The translations under genes and the position numbers were made by a program. This document shows positions 16,518 through 24,478 of a stretch of 54,856 bases of DNA, one piece after another. The notes beneath the pieces are model-generated. The model did no database searches and was not told the origin of the DNA. It saw nothing but the letters and a program-made list of their open reading frames with translations. The stretch spans positions 1-54,856 of the forward strand of contig JAGNSM010000001.1 in assembly GCA_017988045.1 (NCBI GenBank), given 5' to 3'. The stretch comes from Fusobacteriaceae bacterium (GTDB lineage: Bacteria; Fusobacteriota; Fusobacteriia; Fusobacteriales; Fusobacteriaceae). How positions within the stretch are numbered: the first letter of the stretch is position 1; each line of letters starts with the position of its first letter.

Positions 16518-17354
16518 TTATCTAAGATATTCCCTTAATTGATCGCTGTATTTAATTCTTAATTTATCTAAGGTTTTTTTCTCTATTTGTCTAACTCTTT
16601 CTCGAGTAATATTAAACTTTTTTCCAACTTCTTCTAAAGTATGTATTTCTTGACCAAATAATCCATATCTTAAAGTTAATATATCTTTTTCTCTCGGTTT
16701 CAAAAGTCCTAAAATTGCATTTATTTCCTCTTTAGCTATTTCACCTAAAACTTTATTTTCCAATGATTCTTCATCAGCTTGGCTTATTGTATCTTCCAAA
16801 TAGATGTCATCACCTATAGAAGCATTTAAAGAAAGCATGTCTTGAAACTCTAACATTACTTTTTGAATCTTTTTTTCTTCCAATCCAGTCCCTTGAGCAA
16901 TAGAATCAATGCTTGGATAAGAACTGTATTCTGTAATATAACCCATAATAAACTTATTAACTTTATTAAGTATATCATGTTTATAAGAAGGAATTCTAAT
17001 TTCTCTTCCCTTACTTATTATAGCCTTAGTTACTGCTTGTTTAATCCACCAAACTGCATAGGTTGAAAATCTATACCCTTTTGTATAATCAAATTTGTCA
17101 ATAGCATGAATAAGTCCAAAGTTCCCCTCACTTATTAAATCAATAAAACCTAATCCTTTATTACTATAGTTCTTAGCAATATTAACTACCAATCTAAGAT
17201 TAGATAAAATAAGCTGTTGTTTTGCCTGTTCATCCCCCGATTTTGCCTTGATTAACAGCTCCTGTTCCTCTTCCTTAGTCAAAATCTCGTGTTTTCTAAT
17301 GTCATTAAGATATAACGATACTAAATCCTTCTCTTTTTCCACAGACGTCACCAC
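16518..17354 (-). CDS. Sigma-70 family RNA polymerase sigma factor (short, group 2/3-like)
   Basis: 278 aa. Region 2 (FIDLISEGNFGLIHAIDKFDYTKGYRFSTYAVWWIKQAV), region 3, and region 4 (TLEEVGKKFNITRERVRQIEKKTLDKLR). GTG start. Confidence 0.85.
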   Translation of the reverse strand: MVTSVEKEKDLVSLYLNDIRKHEILTKEEEQELLIKAKSGDEQAKQQLILSNLRLVVNIAKNYSNKGLGFIDLISEGNFGLIHAIDKFDYTKGYRFSTYAVWWIKQAVTKAIISKGREIRIPSYKHDILNKVNKFIMGYITEYSSYPSIDSIAQGTGLEEKKIQKVMLEFQDMLSLNASIGDDIYLEDTISQADEESLENKVLGEIAKEEINAILGLLKPREKDILTLRYGLFGQEIHTLEEVGKKFNITRERVRQIEKKTLDKLRIKYSDQLREYLR

Positions 17355-17384
17355 TTTTCCCTTTATTCTTTTTTATTTTTCCCT

Positions 17385-18389
17385 TTACTTTCCGAATTCT
17401 TCTTTTAATTCTCTCCCCATTAATGATGCTAAAGCCTCTTTTATAGATTTACCTTCATAGATAATTCCATAGGTTGCATTAACAATTGGCATGCTTATCC
17501 CATGTTTTTCAGCAAGCTCTTTTACTGCTTTTAACGTTGGCACTCCCTCTGCCACCATTACCATTGAAGATAATATGTCTTCAATTTTTTCTCCTTTACC
17601 TATCCTTTCTCCAACACCTCTGTTCCTACTGTGTCTCGAAGTACAAGTTACTATTAAATCTCCCATACCAGCTAGTCCTGTAAATGTCAATGGGTCTGCT
17701 CCAAAATGCTCTCCAAATCTACTCATTTCAGCTAATCCTCTAGTTATAAGTGCGGCTCTTGAATTATCCCCATATCCAATTCCGTCAGATATACCATTAG
17801 TTATAGCAATACAGTTTTTAACAGCACCTCCAAGCTCTACACCTATTATATCTTGTGATGTATAAACTCTAAAATAATCAGTACTAAATATTTTTTGTAC
17901 TTTTTTACCTCTCTCTAAATCCCCAGCAGCAACTATTGCAGAAGGCAGCTCAATTGCAACTTCTTCTGCATGAGTTGGCCCTGATAAAGCAATAATATTT
18001 TTATGATATTTCCCTAAGATTTCTTCTTTAATTACTTCTGAAAGTCTTAAACCAGATTGTATTTCAATTCCCTTTGCACTATTGATAATAGTGATATCCT
18101 CTCTTAGTTGAGAAGCAATAGCTGGTACAACTTTTCTTAGTACTTGTGCAGGTACTGAAAACAAAAGGTAATTGCTACCATCTAGTATTCCTTCCAATGA
18201 GTTTGTTACTCTTAAATTATCAGGAAATTTACTTCCTGGTAAAAATAACGGATTCTCTCTTTTTTCTTGTAACTCCTTAGCTTTTTTTTCATCAAATTCC
18301 CATATTACTACTTCATAACCTTTTTTAGCAAGTAATATTGCAAGAGCAGTTCCCCAACTTCCAGCTCCCATTACAACTATTTTTTCCAT
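17385..18389 (-). CDS. gpsA: NAD(P)H-dependent glycerol-3-phosphate dehydrogenase
   Basis: 334 aa. Rossmann motif VMGAGSWGTALA and the GLAGMGDLIVTCTS motif. Confidence 0.9.
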   Translation of the reverse strand: MEKIVVMGAGSWGTALAILLAKKGYEVVIWEFDEKKAKELQEKRENPLFLPGSKFPDNLRVTNSLEGILDGSNYLLFSVPAQVLRKVVPAIASQLREDITIINSAKGIEIQSGLRLSEVIKEEILGKYHKNIIALSGPTHAEEVAIELPSAIVAAGDLERGKKVQKIFSTDYFRVYTSQDIIGVELGGAVKNCIAITNGISDGIGYGDNSRAALITRGLAEMSRFGEHFGADPLTFTGLAGMGDLIVTCTSRHSRNRGVGERIGKGEKIEDILSSMVMVAEGVPTLKAVKELAEKHGISMPIVNATYGIIYEGKSIKEALASLMGRELKEEFGK

Positions 18390-18403
18390 AAGTACACCTC
18401 TTA

Positions 18404-19009
18404 CTATTTTTTATAAAACTTATTTTCTGTTCCATTTTTTAATCTCTGTATATTTGCTCTATGTTTATAAATAATATAAGACCCTAGTAAAGCACTGATA
18501 ATAAAAACTATCACTTTATTTCCTAACTTTTCATTAACTGGCATAATTAATATTAGTAATGGTAACATTACTGATGCCAAAACTGAACCTAAAGAAACAT
18601 ATTTTGTTATTCCTACTACTACAAAAAACATTAGTAAAGTTATTAACATCGGAATCGGTGCTAAATATAAAAATATTCCTAAACTTGTAGCTACACCTTT
18701 TCCTCCTTTAAAATTAAGAAAAGGTGAAAAAGTATGGCCTATAACAGCTGTAATTCCAATTAAAACTAAACTATTACCTGTTACTCCAAATTTTTCAGCG
18801 ATAAATAATGGAATAAAACCTTTTAAAGCATCTAATATTAATACTAAAATTCCAAATTTAGCTCCCATTACTCTAAATACATTGGTTGCTCCAGTATTTT
18901 TGCTACCTTCATTTCTAATATCAATTCCTTTTAAGTTTGCAACATATAATCCATTAGGTAGGCTTCCCAATAAATATGAGATTATTACAAATATCAAAAC
19001 TTTTAGCAT
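18404..19009 (-). CDS. plsY: Glycerol-3-phosphate acyltransferase PlsY
   Basis: 201 aa membrane protein with SKNTGATNVFRVMG and FKGGKGVATSLG motifs. Confidence 0.9.
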   Translation of the reverse strand: MLKVLIFVIISYLLGSLPNGLYVANLKGIDIRNEGSKNTGATNVFRVMGAKFGILVLILDALKGFIPLFIAEKFGVTGNSLVLIGITAVIGHTFSPFLNFKGGKGVATSLGIFLYLAPIPMLITLLMFFVVVGITKYVSLGSVLASVMLPLLILIMPVNEKLGNKVIVFIISALLGSYIIYKHRANIQRLKNGTENKFYKK

Positions 19010-20373
19010 TTTTCCTCCATAAGCATAATTTTCCCAACTAGTTCTATATGATTTGTTTGTGGAAACATATCTACTGGTTGAACTTTAATTAGTTTATAAC
19101 CAAATCCACTTAGTATCTTCATATCTCTTGCAAAGGTTGATGGATTACAAGATACGTAAACAATGTCTTTAATCCCTTGCTTAGCTACTTCTTTTAGAAT
19201 TTTTTCATCAATTCCTTTTCTAGGTGGATCAAAAATAATACCATCTATTTCTGTACCTTTTTTTATTAATTTTTCTAATTCAATTTCCATTTTTCCATTT
19301 ATAAACTCTATATTAGAAATTTTATTTTCTTTGGCTGTTTTCTTAGCATCTCTTGTTGCTGATTCAACAGATTCAATTCCATAGATTTTTTTAGCTTTAT
19401 TTGACAAAAGCATTGCTATTGTCCCTGTCCCAGAATAAGCATCAACTATCGTTTTATTTTCTATATTATCAAAAAATTCCATTGCTTTAGCATATAATTT
19501 AATAGTTTGTTCTTTATTAATCTGAAAAAAACTTGTAGGTGAAATATTGAAATATATATCAAATAGCTCTTCTTTCAAATATTTTTTTCCAAATATCAAA
19601 ATATTTTCTCTACCTAGAGCAACATTTGTCTTTTGGTTATTAATTGAAATATAAGCAGATTTAATATTTTTAAACTGATCAGTAATATTTAAAACAAGTT
19701 CTTTTAACTTATCATTTACTTTCCCATTAATTACTAGCACAAACATAAGTTCATTTACAGAATTTTTTCTAAGCATTATATGACGCAGCAAACCTTTATG
19801 TGTTTTTTCGTCATATACTGTCCAAACATTACTTTTATTTAACTCTATTTTTAAATACTTTAAAATTTCTTCCATTTCTTTATCTTGAAGCCAGTTCTCA
19901 TTTGCCTCAAATACTTCATGAGATTTCTTTTTAAAAAATCCTGTTATTATTTGCCCATTCACTTTTGAAAAAGGTTCAATAATTTTATTCCTATAATTAT
20001 AAGGATTTTCTGCTCCCAAAGTATCAAATAATTCATACTCATTTAATCCACCAATTTTTCCTAAAACATCTTTCGTCATTTCTGTTTTATAAAAAACTTG
20101 TTTATTATATCTTAACATTCCAAAGTCACAACCATTAAAATCTTCAAAACTAATCATATTATGATTATCAATTCTATCAGAAGACGCTTTAATTAACTTA
20201 GTAATCAAACCTCTACCATAAGATTTTTTTAAAGATATAATTTCTATTTCCACTCTGTCTCCAGGAACTCCCATCGGAACAAAAACAGCAAATCCCTCAT
20301 GATATCCTAGGGATTCTCCTCCAAAAACTATTTTTTCTATATCAATTTCAAGTTTATTCCCAATTTTTAACAT
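19003..20373 (-). CDS. TRAM-domain RNA (uracil-5-)-methyltransferase, RlmD/RlmCD/TrmA family
   Basis: 456 aa. N-terminal TRAM-like barrel, SAM motif VDAYSGTGTIAML, FDPPRKG, and the catalytic-Cys region VYVSCNPSTFARD. Confidence 0.85.
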   Translation of the reverse strand: MLKIGNKLEIDIEKIVFGGESLGYHEGFAVFVPMGVPGDRVEIEIISLKKSYGRGLITKLIKASSDRIDNHNMISFEDFNGCDFGMLRYNKQVFYKTEMTKDVLGKIGGLNEYELFDTLGAENPYNYRNKIIEPFSKVNGQIITGFFKKKSHEVFEANENWLQDKEMEEILKYLKIELNKSNVWTVYDEKTHKGLLRHIMLRKNSVNELMFVLVINGKVNDKLKELVLNITDQFKNIKSAYISINNQKTNVALGRENILIFGKKYLKEELFDIYFNISPTSFFQINKEQTIKLYAKAMEFFDNIENKTIVDAYSGTGTIAMLLSNKAKKIYGIESVESATRDAKKTAKENKISNIEFINGKMEIELEKLIKKGTEIDGIIFDPPRKGIDEKILKEVAKQGIKDIVYVSCNPSTFARDMKILSGFGYKLIKVQPVDMFPQTNHIELVGKIMLMEEKC

Positions 20374-20385
20374 TATTCTCCGCTC

Positions 20386-20688
20386 TTATTCATTCACTGT
20401 TATGTATTTTACTTCTGTTATTAGCTCCATTTGTAACTCTGATGTTGCTCTATTTTTTACAGTTGCTAAATCTACTTTTTTATCAATTTCAAGTTTAATT
20501 CTACTAATATCTGCATTTAACTGGCTATTTTCTTTAGCTAATTTATTTAAGCATTCATTATTTTTTACTTTTTCCATCAAAACTACTAAATACCATGAAC
20601 CAAAAATTATATTTAATACAATTAAAAATACTATTAAGACTATATATTTTTTAAATACAAAATTTAAAAATTTTTGGACTATATTCAT
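20386..20688 (-). CDS. ftsL: FtsL-like single-pass cell division protein
   Basis: About 100 aa with one TM helix (IVLIVFLIVLNIIFGSWYLVVL) plus a coiled coil. Sits directly after rsmH, as in dcw clusters. ATG 20688 lies 1 nt after the rsmH stop. The assignment rests on position and architecture only. Confidence 0.5.
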   Translation of the reverse strand: MNIVQKFLNFVFKKYIVLIVFLIVLNIIFGSWYLVVLMEKVKNNECLNKLAKENSQLNADISRIKLEIDKKVDLATVKNRATSELQMELITEVKYITVNE

Positions 20689-20689
20689 T

Positions 20690-21625
20690 TTACAACCTTT
20701 CACATACTCTTAATTTTGATGAATGTGCTCTATTATTAATTTCTAACTCATCTTTACTAGGTTCTATTGGTTTTCTTGTAATTAGTTTTACTTTAGATCT
20801 ATGATCACATCTACACACTGGTATTTCTGATGGGCAAATACAATCTAAGCTTAAATCTCTGAAATGATTTTTTACAATTCTATCTTCCAATGAATGAAAT
20901 GTAATAATTGATAAACGCCCTTTAGTATTAAGCATTTTAACTGCTTTATCAATGGCTTCTACCAACACATCTAACTCTTTATTCACTTCTATTCTAATAG
21001 CCTGAAATATTTTTTTAGCTGGATGTTTTTTATGCTTTCCTGGAATTGCTCTTGCAACTAGTAAAGCCAATTCGTCTGTAGTCTCTATTGGTTTTTCAAC
21101 TCTATCTTCCACTATCCATTTTGCAATCTTTCTTGAATATCTTTCTTCTCCATATTCAAAAAATATTTTCATTAAAGCCTCTTCAGAGTATTCATTAACA
21201 ACTTCGTAAGCTGATATTTTTTGATTTTTATCCATTCTCATATCTAATCTTGCAGAGTATTTATAAGAAAATCCTCTTTCTCCATCATCTAATTGTTTTG
21301 ATGAAACCCCAATATCCATTAATATTCCATCTACTTTTTCATATCCAGCAAGATATATTACTGTATCTAAGTTTTTAAAATTATCTTTAAATATTTCAAA
21401 TTTACCTTTATATTTTTCAAGTCTTTTTTTTGCATATTCTATTGCCATCTGATCTTGATCTATACAGATTAATCTTCCTTTTTCTGATAATCTTTCTAGT
21501 ATTCCTTCTGAATGACCTCCACCACCTAAAGTGCAGTCAACATATACTCCATCTGGATTAATAACCAAATTATCCAAAGTTTCTTTATATAACACTGGAA
21601 TATGATAATCTGTTTTGTTTTCCAT
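20690..21625 (-). CDS. rsmH: 16S rRNA (cytosine1402-N4)-methyltransferase RsmH (MraW)
   Basis: 311 aa. HIPVL, DCTLGGGGHS, DGILMDIGVSS and ITFHSLEDRIVK motifs. Confidence 0.92.
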   Translation of the reverse strand: MENKTDYHIPVLYKETLDNLVINPDGVYVDCTLGGGGHSEGILERLSEKGRLICIDQDQMAIEYAKKRLEKYKGKFEIFKDNFKNLDTVIYLAGYEKVDGILMDIGVSSKQLDDGERGFSYKYSARLDMRMDKNQKISAYEVVNEYSEEALMKIFFEYGEERYSRKIAKWIVEDRVEKPIETTDELALLVARAIPGKHKKHPAKKIFQAIRIEVNKELDVLVEAIDKAVKMLNTKGRLSIITFHSLEDRIVKNHFRDLSLDCICPSEIPVCRCDHRSKVKLITRKPIEPSKDELEINNRAHSSKLRVCERL

Positions 21626-21746
21626 ATTTACTCCTTACAAATTTTGTCTATTTATTGTACAATATTTTTAAAGAAAAAGCAAATTCTATAAATATATCTA
21701 AAGATTTTTCTTATACTTAATTATTTACTTAATTTTTTTACAAATT

Positions 21747-21774
21747 AAAAAGCAGTGAAAATCACTGCTTTTTA
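21747..21774 (-). terminator. Rho-independent terminator ending the bamA-lpxD transcription unit
   Basis: Stem AGCAGTGA (21751-21758) pairs with TCACTGCT (21762-21769), flanked by A/T runs. Confidence 0.55.
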
Positions 21775-21775
21775 A

Positions 21776-22486
21776 TTATTTTTTATTATTAAGTATTCCT
21801 ATATAATTTACACTTACACCGAAAGAACTATTTCTCTCTCTCCAAAACACTTGTGTTCTAAACTTTTCATTTGTTAAAAAATCAAATCCCACGTTAGCAC
21901 TTACTCTTTTATCATCATTTTTTTCAAATGTATACACTTCTGATATTACTTTAATCGCTTCACTAACAGGCATTTCTAAACTTACAAAACCATCTACGTT
22001 AGTTTCCTTCACAGGTTTACTAAAATAAAGTCCTCCGCTTCCTGTCAAATTAGCAGTTCTAAATTTAAAGTTTTTTGAAGCTACCATAAATGCATAAGCC
22101 GTTGAATTATCAACTGGTAACTCATTATCTTTATCACTTTGAATATCATATTCATCAAATTCAGTAAATCCAATTGCAATAGCAGGATTTTTTTCTGTTT
22201 CTCCTACTATTTGAAATTTAAAGTTACTTTGTAAAAAACTATTATCAAATTCTTTTTGTAAAGTACTAATTTTGATTCCAGCCTCTACCTGAGGTAGAAG
22301 ATTTGATTCTATAACGAAATCTGCTTGAACATCTCCATCAATCGTTCCAACTATACCTGAAATAGTATAATTTTTATCAATTAATATATATGCATTTGGA
22401 AAATCTATTCCACCAGTTAAACCTGTATATGATGGTGTCGCAAAAATTCCCATACTTATTAATATAAAGCTAACTATTTTTTTCAT
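21776..22486 (-). CDS. Hypothetical secreted protein, probably outer-membrane
   Basis: Signal peptide MKKIVSFILISMGIFA, then alternating beta-strand-like sequence. ATG 22486 (RBS AAGGTGA) lies 1 nt after the lpxD stop; the ORF-track GTG start is at 22495. No family recognised with confidence. Confidence 0.4.
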   Translation of the reverse strand: MKKIVSFILISMGIFATPSYTGLTGGIDFPNAYILIDKNYTISGIVGTIDGDVQADFVIESNLLPQVEAGIKISTLQKEFDNSFLQSNFKFQIVGETEKNPAIAIGFTEFDEYDIQSDKDNELPVDNSTAYAFMVASKNFKFRTANLTGSGGLYFSKPVKETNVDGFVSLEMPVSEAIKVISEVYTFEKNDDKRVSANVGFDFLTNEKFRTQVFWRERNSSFGVSVNYIGILNNKK

Positions 22487-22487
22487 A

Positions 22488-23489
22488 TTATTCACCTTTG
22501 TCCAATAAAGTTTCTATTTTTTTAACTCTTTTTAGTAATTCTGGAAGTCTTTTTAGAGCAATTTTATTTTTAATATCATCACTATGATTTATAGCAGGAT
22601 ACCCAGATAAAATTTCATTATCTTTTGTAGTACTTGTTACTCCAGCTTTAGCTGCAATAGTTACATTATTCCCTACTCTTATATGTCCTGTTATTCCAGC
22701 TTGTCCACCTACAGTGACATTATCTCCAATAACTGTACTACCTGCTACTCCTATTTGAGCTATCAGGAATCCTTGTTCTCCTATAATTACATTATGAGCT
22801 AAATGAATCAAGTTGTCTAATTTAGTGCCTCTTTTTATAATTGTATTTCCAATGGTTCCTCTATCTATTGCAGAATTAGCTCCAATTTCAACATTGTCTT
22901 CAATTATTACAACACCGATTTGGTCGATCTTTACATTTTCTCCTGCTACTTTTACATAACCAAATCCATCTGAACCAATTACAGTTCCTGGCTGAATTAT
23001 TACATTGTTTCCAAGAATACAAAATTCTCTTATTGTAACTCCTGAATAAATTATTGCATTTTCCCCAATAGTAACACCTTCCATAATAGATACATTTGGA
23101 TGAATTACTGAATTTTTGCCAATAATAACATCATGCCCTATATATGTGTTAGGTCCTATTTTTACATTTTCAGAAATTTTTGCACTAGATTCAATTGCCT
23201 TTTCAAAAGATTTTGTCTTTCTTTTAAAAAAGTTCAAAATTATTGGCATTAATTCTCTTGGACTTTTATTTACTACAATATATTCTTTATCATTTGGAAG
23301 TCCATCTATTGGAGGAACTATTACTATTTTTGCTTTAGTTTCATTTAGTTTTTTTAAAAATTTCTCATCAGCAGCAAAAGTAAGTTCATCTTCTTCAGCA
23401 AATTCAAAAGGTGCTAAACCTCTAACTTCTTTTAAATCTCCTGTATATTTAGCGCCTAATTGTTTTACTAATTCATCTATTTTAAACAT
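22488..23489 (-). CDS. lpxD: UDP-3-O-acylglucosamine N-acyltransferase
   Basis: 333 aa. Long left-handed beta-helix hexapeptide repeats plus an N-terminal uridine-binding region. Sits in the position expected after skp. Confidence 0.9.
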   Translation of the reverse strand: MFKIDELVKQLGAKYTGDLKEVRGLAPFEFAEEDELTFAADEKFLKKLNETKAKIVIVPPIDGLPNDKEYIVVNKSPRELMPIILNFFKRKTKSFEKAIESSAKISENVKIGPNTYIGHDVIIGKNSVIHPNVSIMEGVTIGENAIIYSGVTIREFCILGNNVIIQPGTVIGSDGFGYVKVAGENVKIDQIGVVIIEDNVEIGANSAIDRGTIGNTIIKRGTKLDNLIHLAHNVIIGEQGFLIAQIGVAGSTVIGDNVTVGGQAGITGHIRVGNNVTIAAKAGVTSTTKDNEILSGYPAINHSDDIKNKIALKRLPELLKRVKKIETLLDKGE

Positions 23490-23502
23490 TATAACTCCTA
23501 CT

Positions 23503-23970
23503 CTATTTTTTTATAGTTTTCAGTACTTCATTAGATATATCTTTTACTTTGTCATTTCCATAATAAATAGTTTTCTTCTCTACTACAGCATCATACTTTT
23601 TAGACTTTGCATAAGTACTTATTGCTGTTTTAATCTCTTTTAAAAGAGCATTGATTTTTGTATTTTCTAAAGTAGCTAAATCTTTTTGTGATTTCATATA
23701 AAGTTCTGATAACTCTTTATCTTTTTTCGCAAAACTTTGTTTCTCAGCATCTGTAACTTTACTTCCCTTTTTAGATAAAGCTTCATATTCAGTTTTAAGT
23801 TTAGTTCCTTTTGCATTCAAATCTTTTTCAAGTTTTGTTTTTTGAGTTTCTAATTCTTTTTTTACTGTTGTTAACTTAGGGTGAGACTTTAATAAAAAAT
23901 CCATATCTACAGATACTGTTTCACTAAACATACTTATTGTTAATGCCAAAAATACTATTAATTTTTTCAT
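23503..23970 (-). CDS. skp: OmpH/Skp family periplasmic chaperone (copy 2)
   Basis: 155 aa. Signal peptide plus a K/E-rich coiled coil. Lies between bamA and lpxD. Confidence 0.8.
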   Translation of the reverse strand: MKKLIVFLALTISMFSETVSVDMDFLLKSHPKLTTVKKELETQKTKLEKDLNAKGTKLKTEYEALSKKGSKVTDAEKQSFAKKDKELSELYMKSQKDLATLENTKINALLKEIKTAISTYAKSKKYDAVVEKKTIYYGNDKVKDISNEVLKTIKK

Positions 23971-23981
23971 TTAAGATCTCC

Positions 23982-24470
23982 TTATTTTAAATCTATTTTT
24001 TCTGATGATTTTAGTGTATTAAGAACATCATCTGAAACATCTTTTATTTTTTCTGAACCTATATATATCGCTGTTTTCTCTACTATTGCATCATATTTTT
24101 TTAACTTCTGTAAAGTTTTTACTGCTTCAACTACTTCATTATATAATGCTTGAAACTTTTTATCTTTAAAGCTCAATAAAGAACTTTGAGATTCTGAATA
24201 TAACTTTTGTAATTCTTGTTCTTTTTTATAAAAAGCTGCAATTTCCTCATCTGTTACTTTATCTTTTTTTGCTTCTAAAGATGATTTTTCTACTGATAAT
24301 TCATCTGCTTTTTGATTAATTGTATTTTCTAATCTAGTTTTTTCAGTTTCGATTTCTTTTTTTACAGCCTCTATTTTAGGATGCTTGTTTACCAAATAAT
24401 CCATATTAACTGATACTGTCTCACTAAATGTTACTACTGTTAATGCTAAAAATAAAATTAATTTTTTCAT
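23982..24470 (-). CDS. skp: OmpH/Skp family periplasmic chaperone (copy 1)
   Basis: 162 aa. Paralog of the adjacent gene; they share MKKLI.FLALT...FSETVSV.MD.L...HPK and the C-terminal KKYDA.VEK motif. Confidence 0.8.
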   Translation of the reverse strand: MKKLILFLALTVVTFSETVSVNMDYLVNKHPKIEAVKKEIETEKTRLENTINQKADELSVEKSSLEAKKDKVTDEEIAAFYKKEQELQKLYSESQSSLLSFKDKKFQALYNEVVEAVKTLQKLKKYDAIVEKTAIYIGSEKIKDVSDDVLNTLKSSEKIDLK

Positions 24471-24478
24471 GATTCCTC

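Noticed and set aside
17486-17865. Two overlapping plus-strand ORFs (65 and 124 aa)
   Set aside because: They are antisense to the well-supported gpsA. The sequence is P/S/L-rich and not protein-like.
20386-21625. Truncated dcw cluster (rsmH-ftsL with no mraZ, ftsI or mur genes)
   Set aside because: This kind of gene-order variation is common outside Proteobacteria and Firmicutes. It is noted but is not unusual in itself.
23116-23643. 175-aa plus-strand ORF
   Set aside because: It is antisense to lpxD and runs across the lpxD-skp junction. The translation is low-complexity and F/S/I-rich, with no RBS. Antisense ORFs of this kind are expected in AT-rich hexapeptide-repeat genes.
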